From Calditrichota bacterium (GTDB lineage Bacteria > Electryoneota > AABM5-125-24 > Hatepunaeales > Hatepunaeaceae): a stretch of DNA of 49,791 nt. Location of the stretch: positions 1 to 49,791 of the forward strand of contig VGIO01000003.1 in NCBI GenBank assembly GCA_016867855.1, in the 5' to 3' direction. Shown here piece by piece: positions 49,663 to 49,791 of this stretch. Below the pieces are notes generated by a model. That model did not search any database and was not told the DNA's origin. It saw nothing but the letters and a program-made list of their open reading frames with translations. The stretch's first letter is position 1; each line of letters opens with the position of its first letter. The position numbers and the translations under genes were made by a program.

Positions 49663-49791
49663 TCATACCAATTTGCATTCAAATGAATAATAAAGGGATG
49701 CAAAATTAACAACGGATTAAACGGATAGAACGGATAACATAGCGGCTTTACAGGATTATCCGTTTCATCCGTTTAATCTGTTGTGAATTTG
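49663..49791. mobile_element. MITE-like family D, second copy (cut by the window end)
   Basis: Closely matches 20589-20710. Confidence 0.8.

Overview
Mostly housekeeping chromosome from a diderm, probably anaerobic bacterium. The Bacteroidota-type RpoZ, the lnt-bamD-msbA arrangement and a 'YPNPFNP' secretion tail suggest an FCB-related or Calditrichota-like lineage (inference). Gene order: rpoZ-coaBC-udg-dnaB-rel-yqgF-Gfo/Idh-lnt-hyp-bamD-MsbA-like ABC-GT4-small rubredoxin-otsB-otsA-xerD; a minus-strand nonaheme cytochrome c with a secretion tail; pgsA-pgpA-cinA-pgk-tpiA; two phosphate butyryltransferases; a spermidine-synthase-like membrane protein, a heme-c sensor kinase and a sigma54 regulator; an isocitrate/isopropylmalate dehydrogenase; a TPR protein, GT2 and glgP; then LOG, a preQ transporter, ftsX, ftsE, a methyltransferase, ftsZ and ftsA on the minus strand. 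Two things stand out. (1) A putative surface-exported nonaheme cytochrome lies behind a sigma54 promoter and a Rex-like operator, with a CxxCH-bearing sensor kinase and NtrC-type activator about 10 kb away. (2) Many intergenic regions carry small non-autonomous elements. Family A is a 151-bp MITE with a 4-bp target duplication at five sites. Family B has no terminal inverted repeats, duplicates an AAT core, varies in cargo, and sits in frame inside a glycosyltransferase. Several other inverted-repeat frames carry REP-like palindromes. I saw no transposase, rRNA, tRNA or CRISPR array. All calls come from motif recognition by eye; no database search was run.
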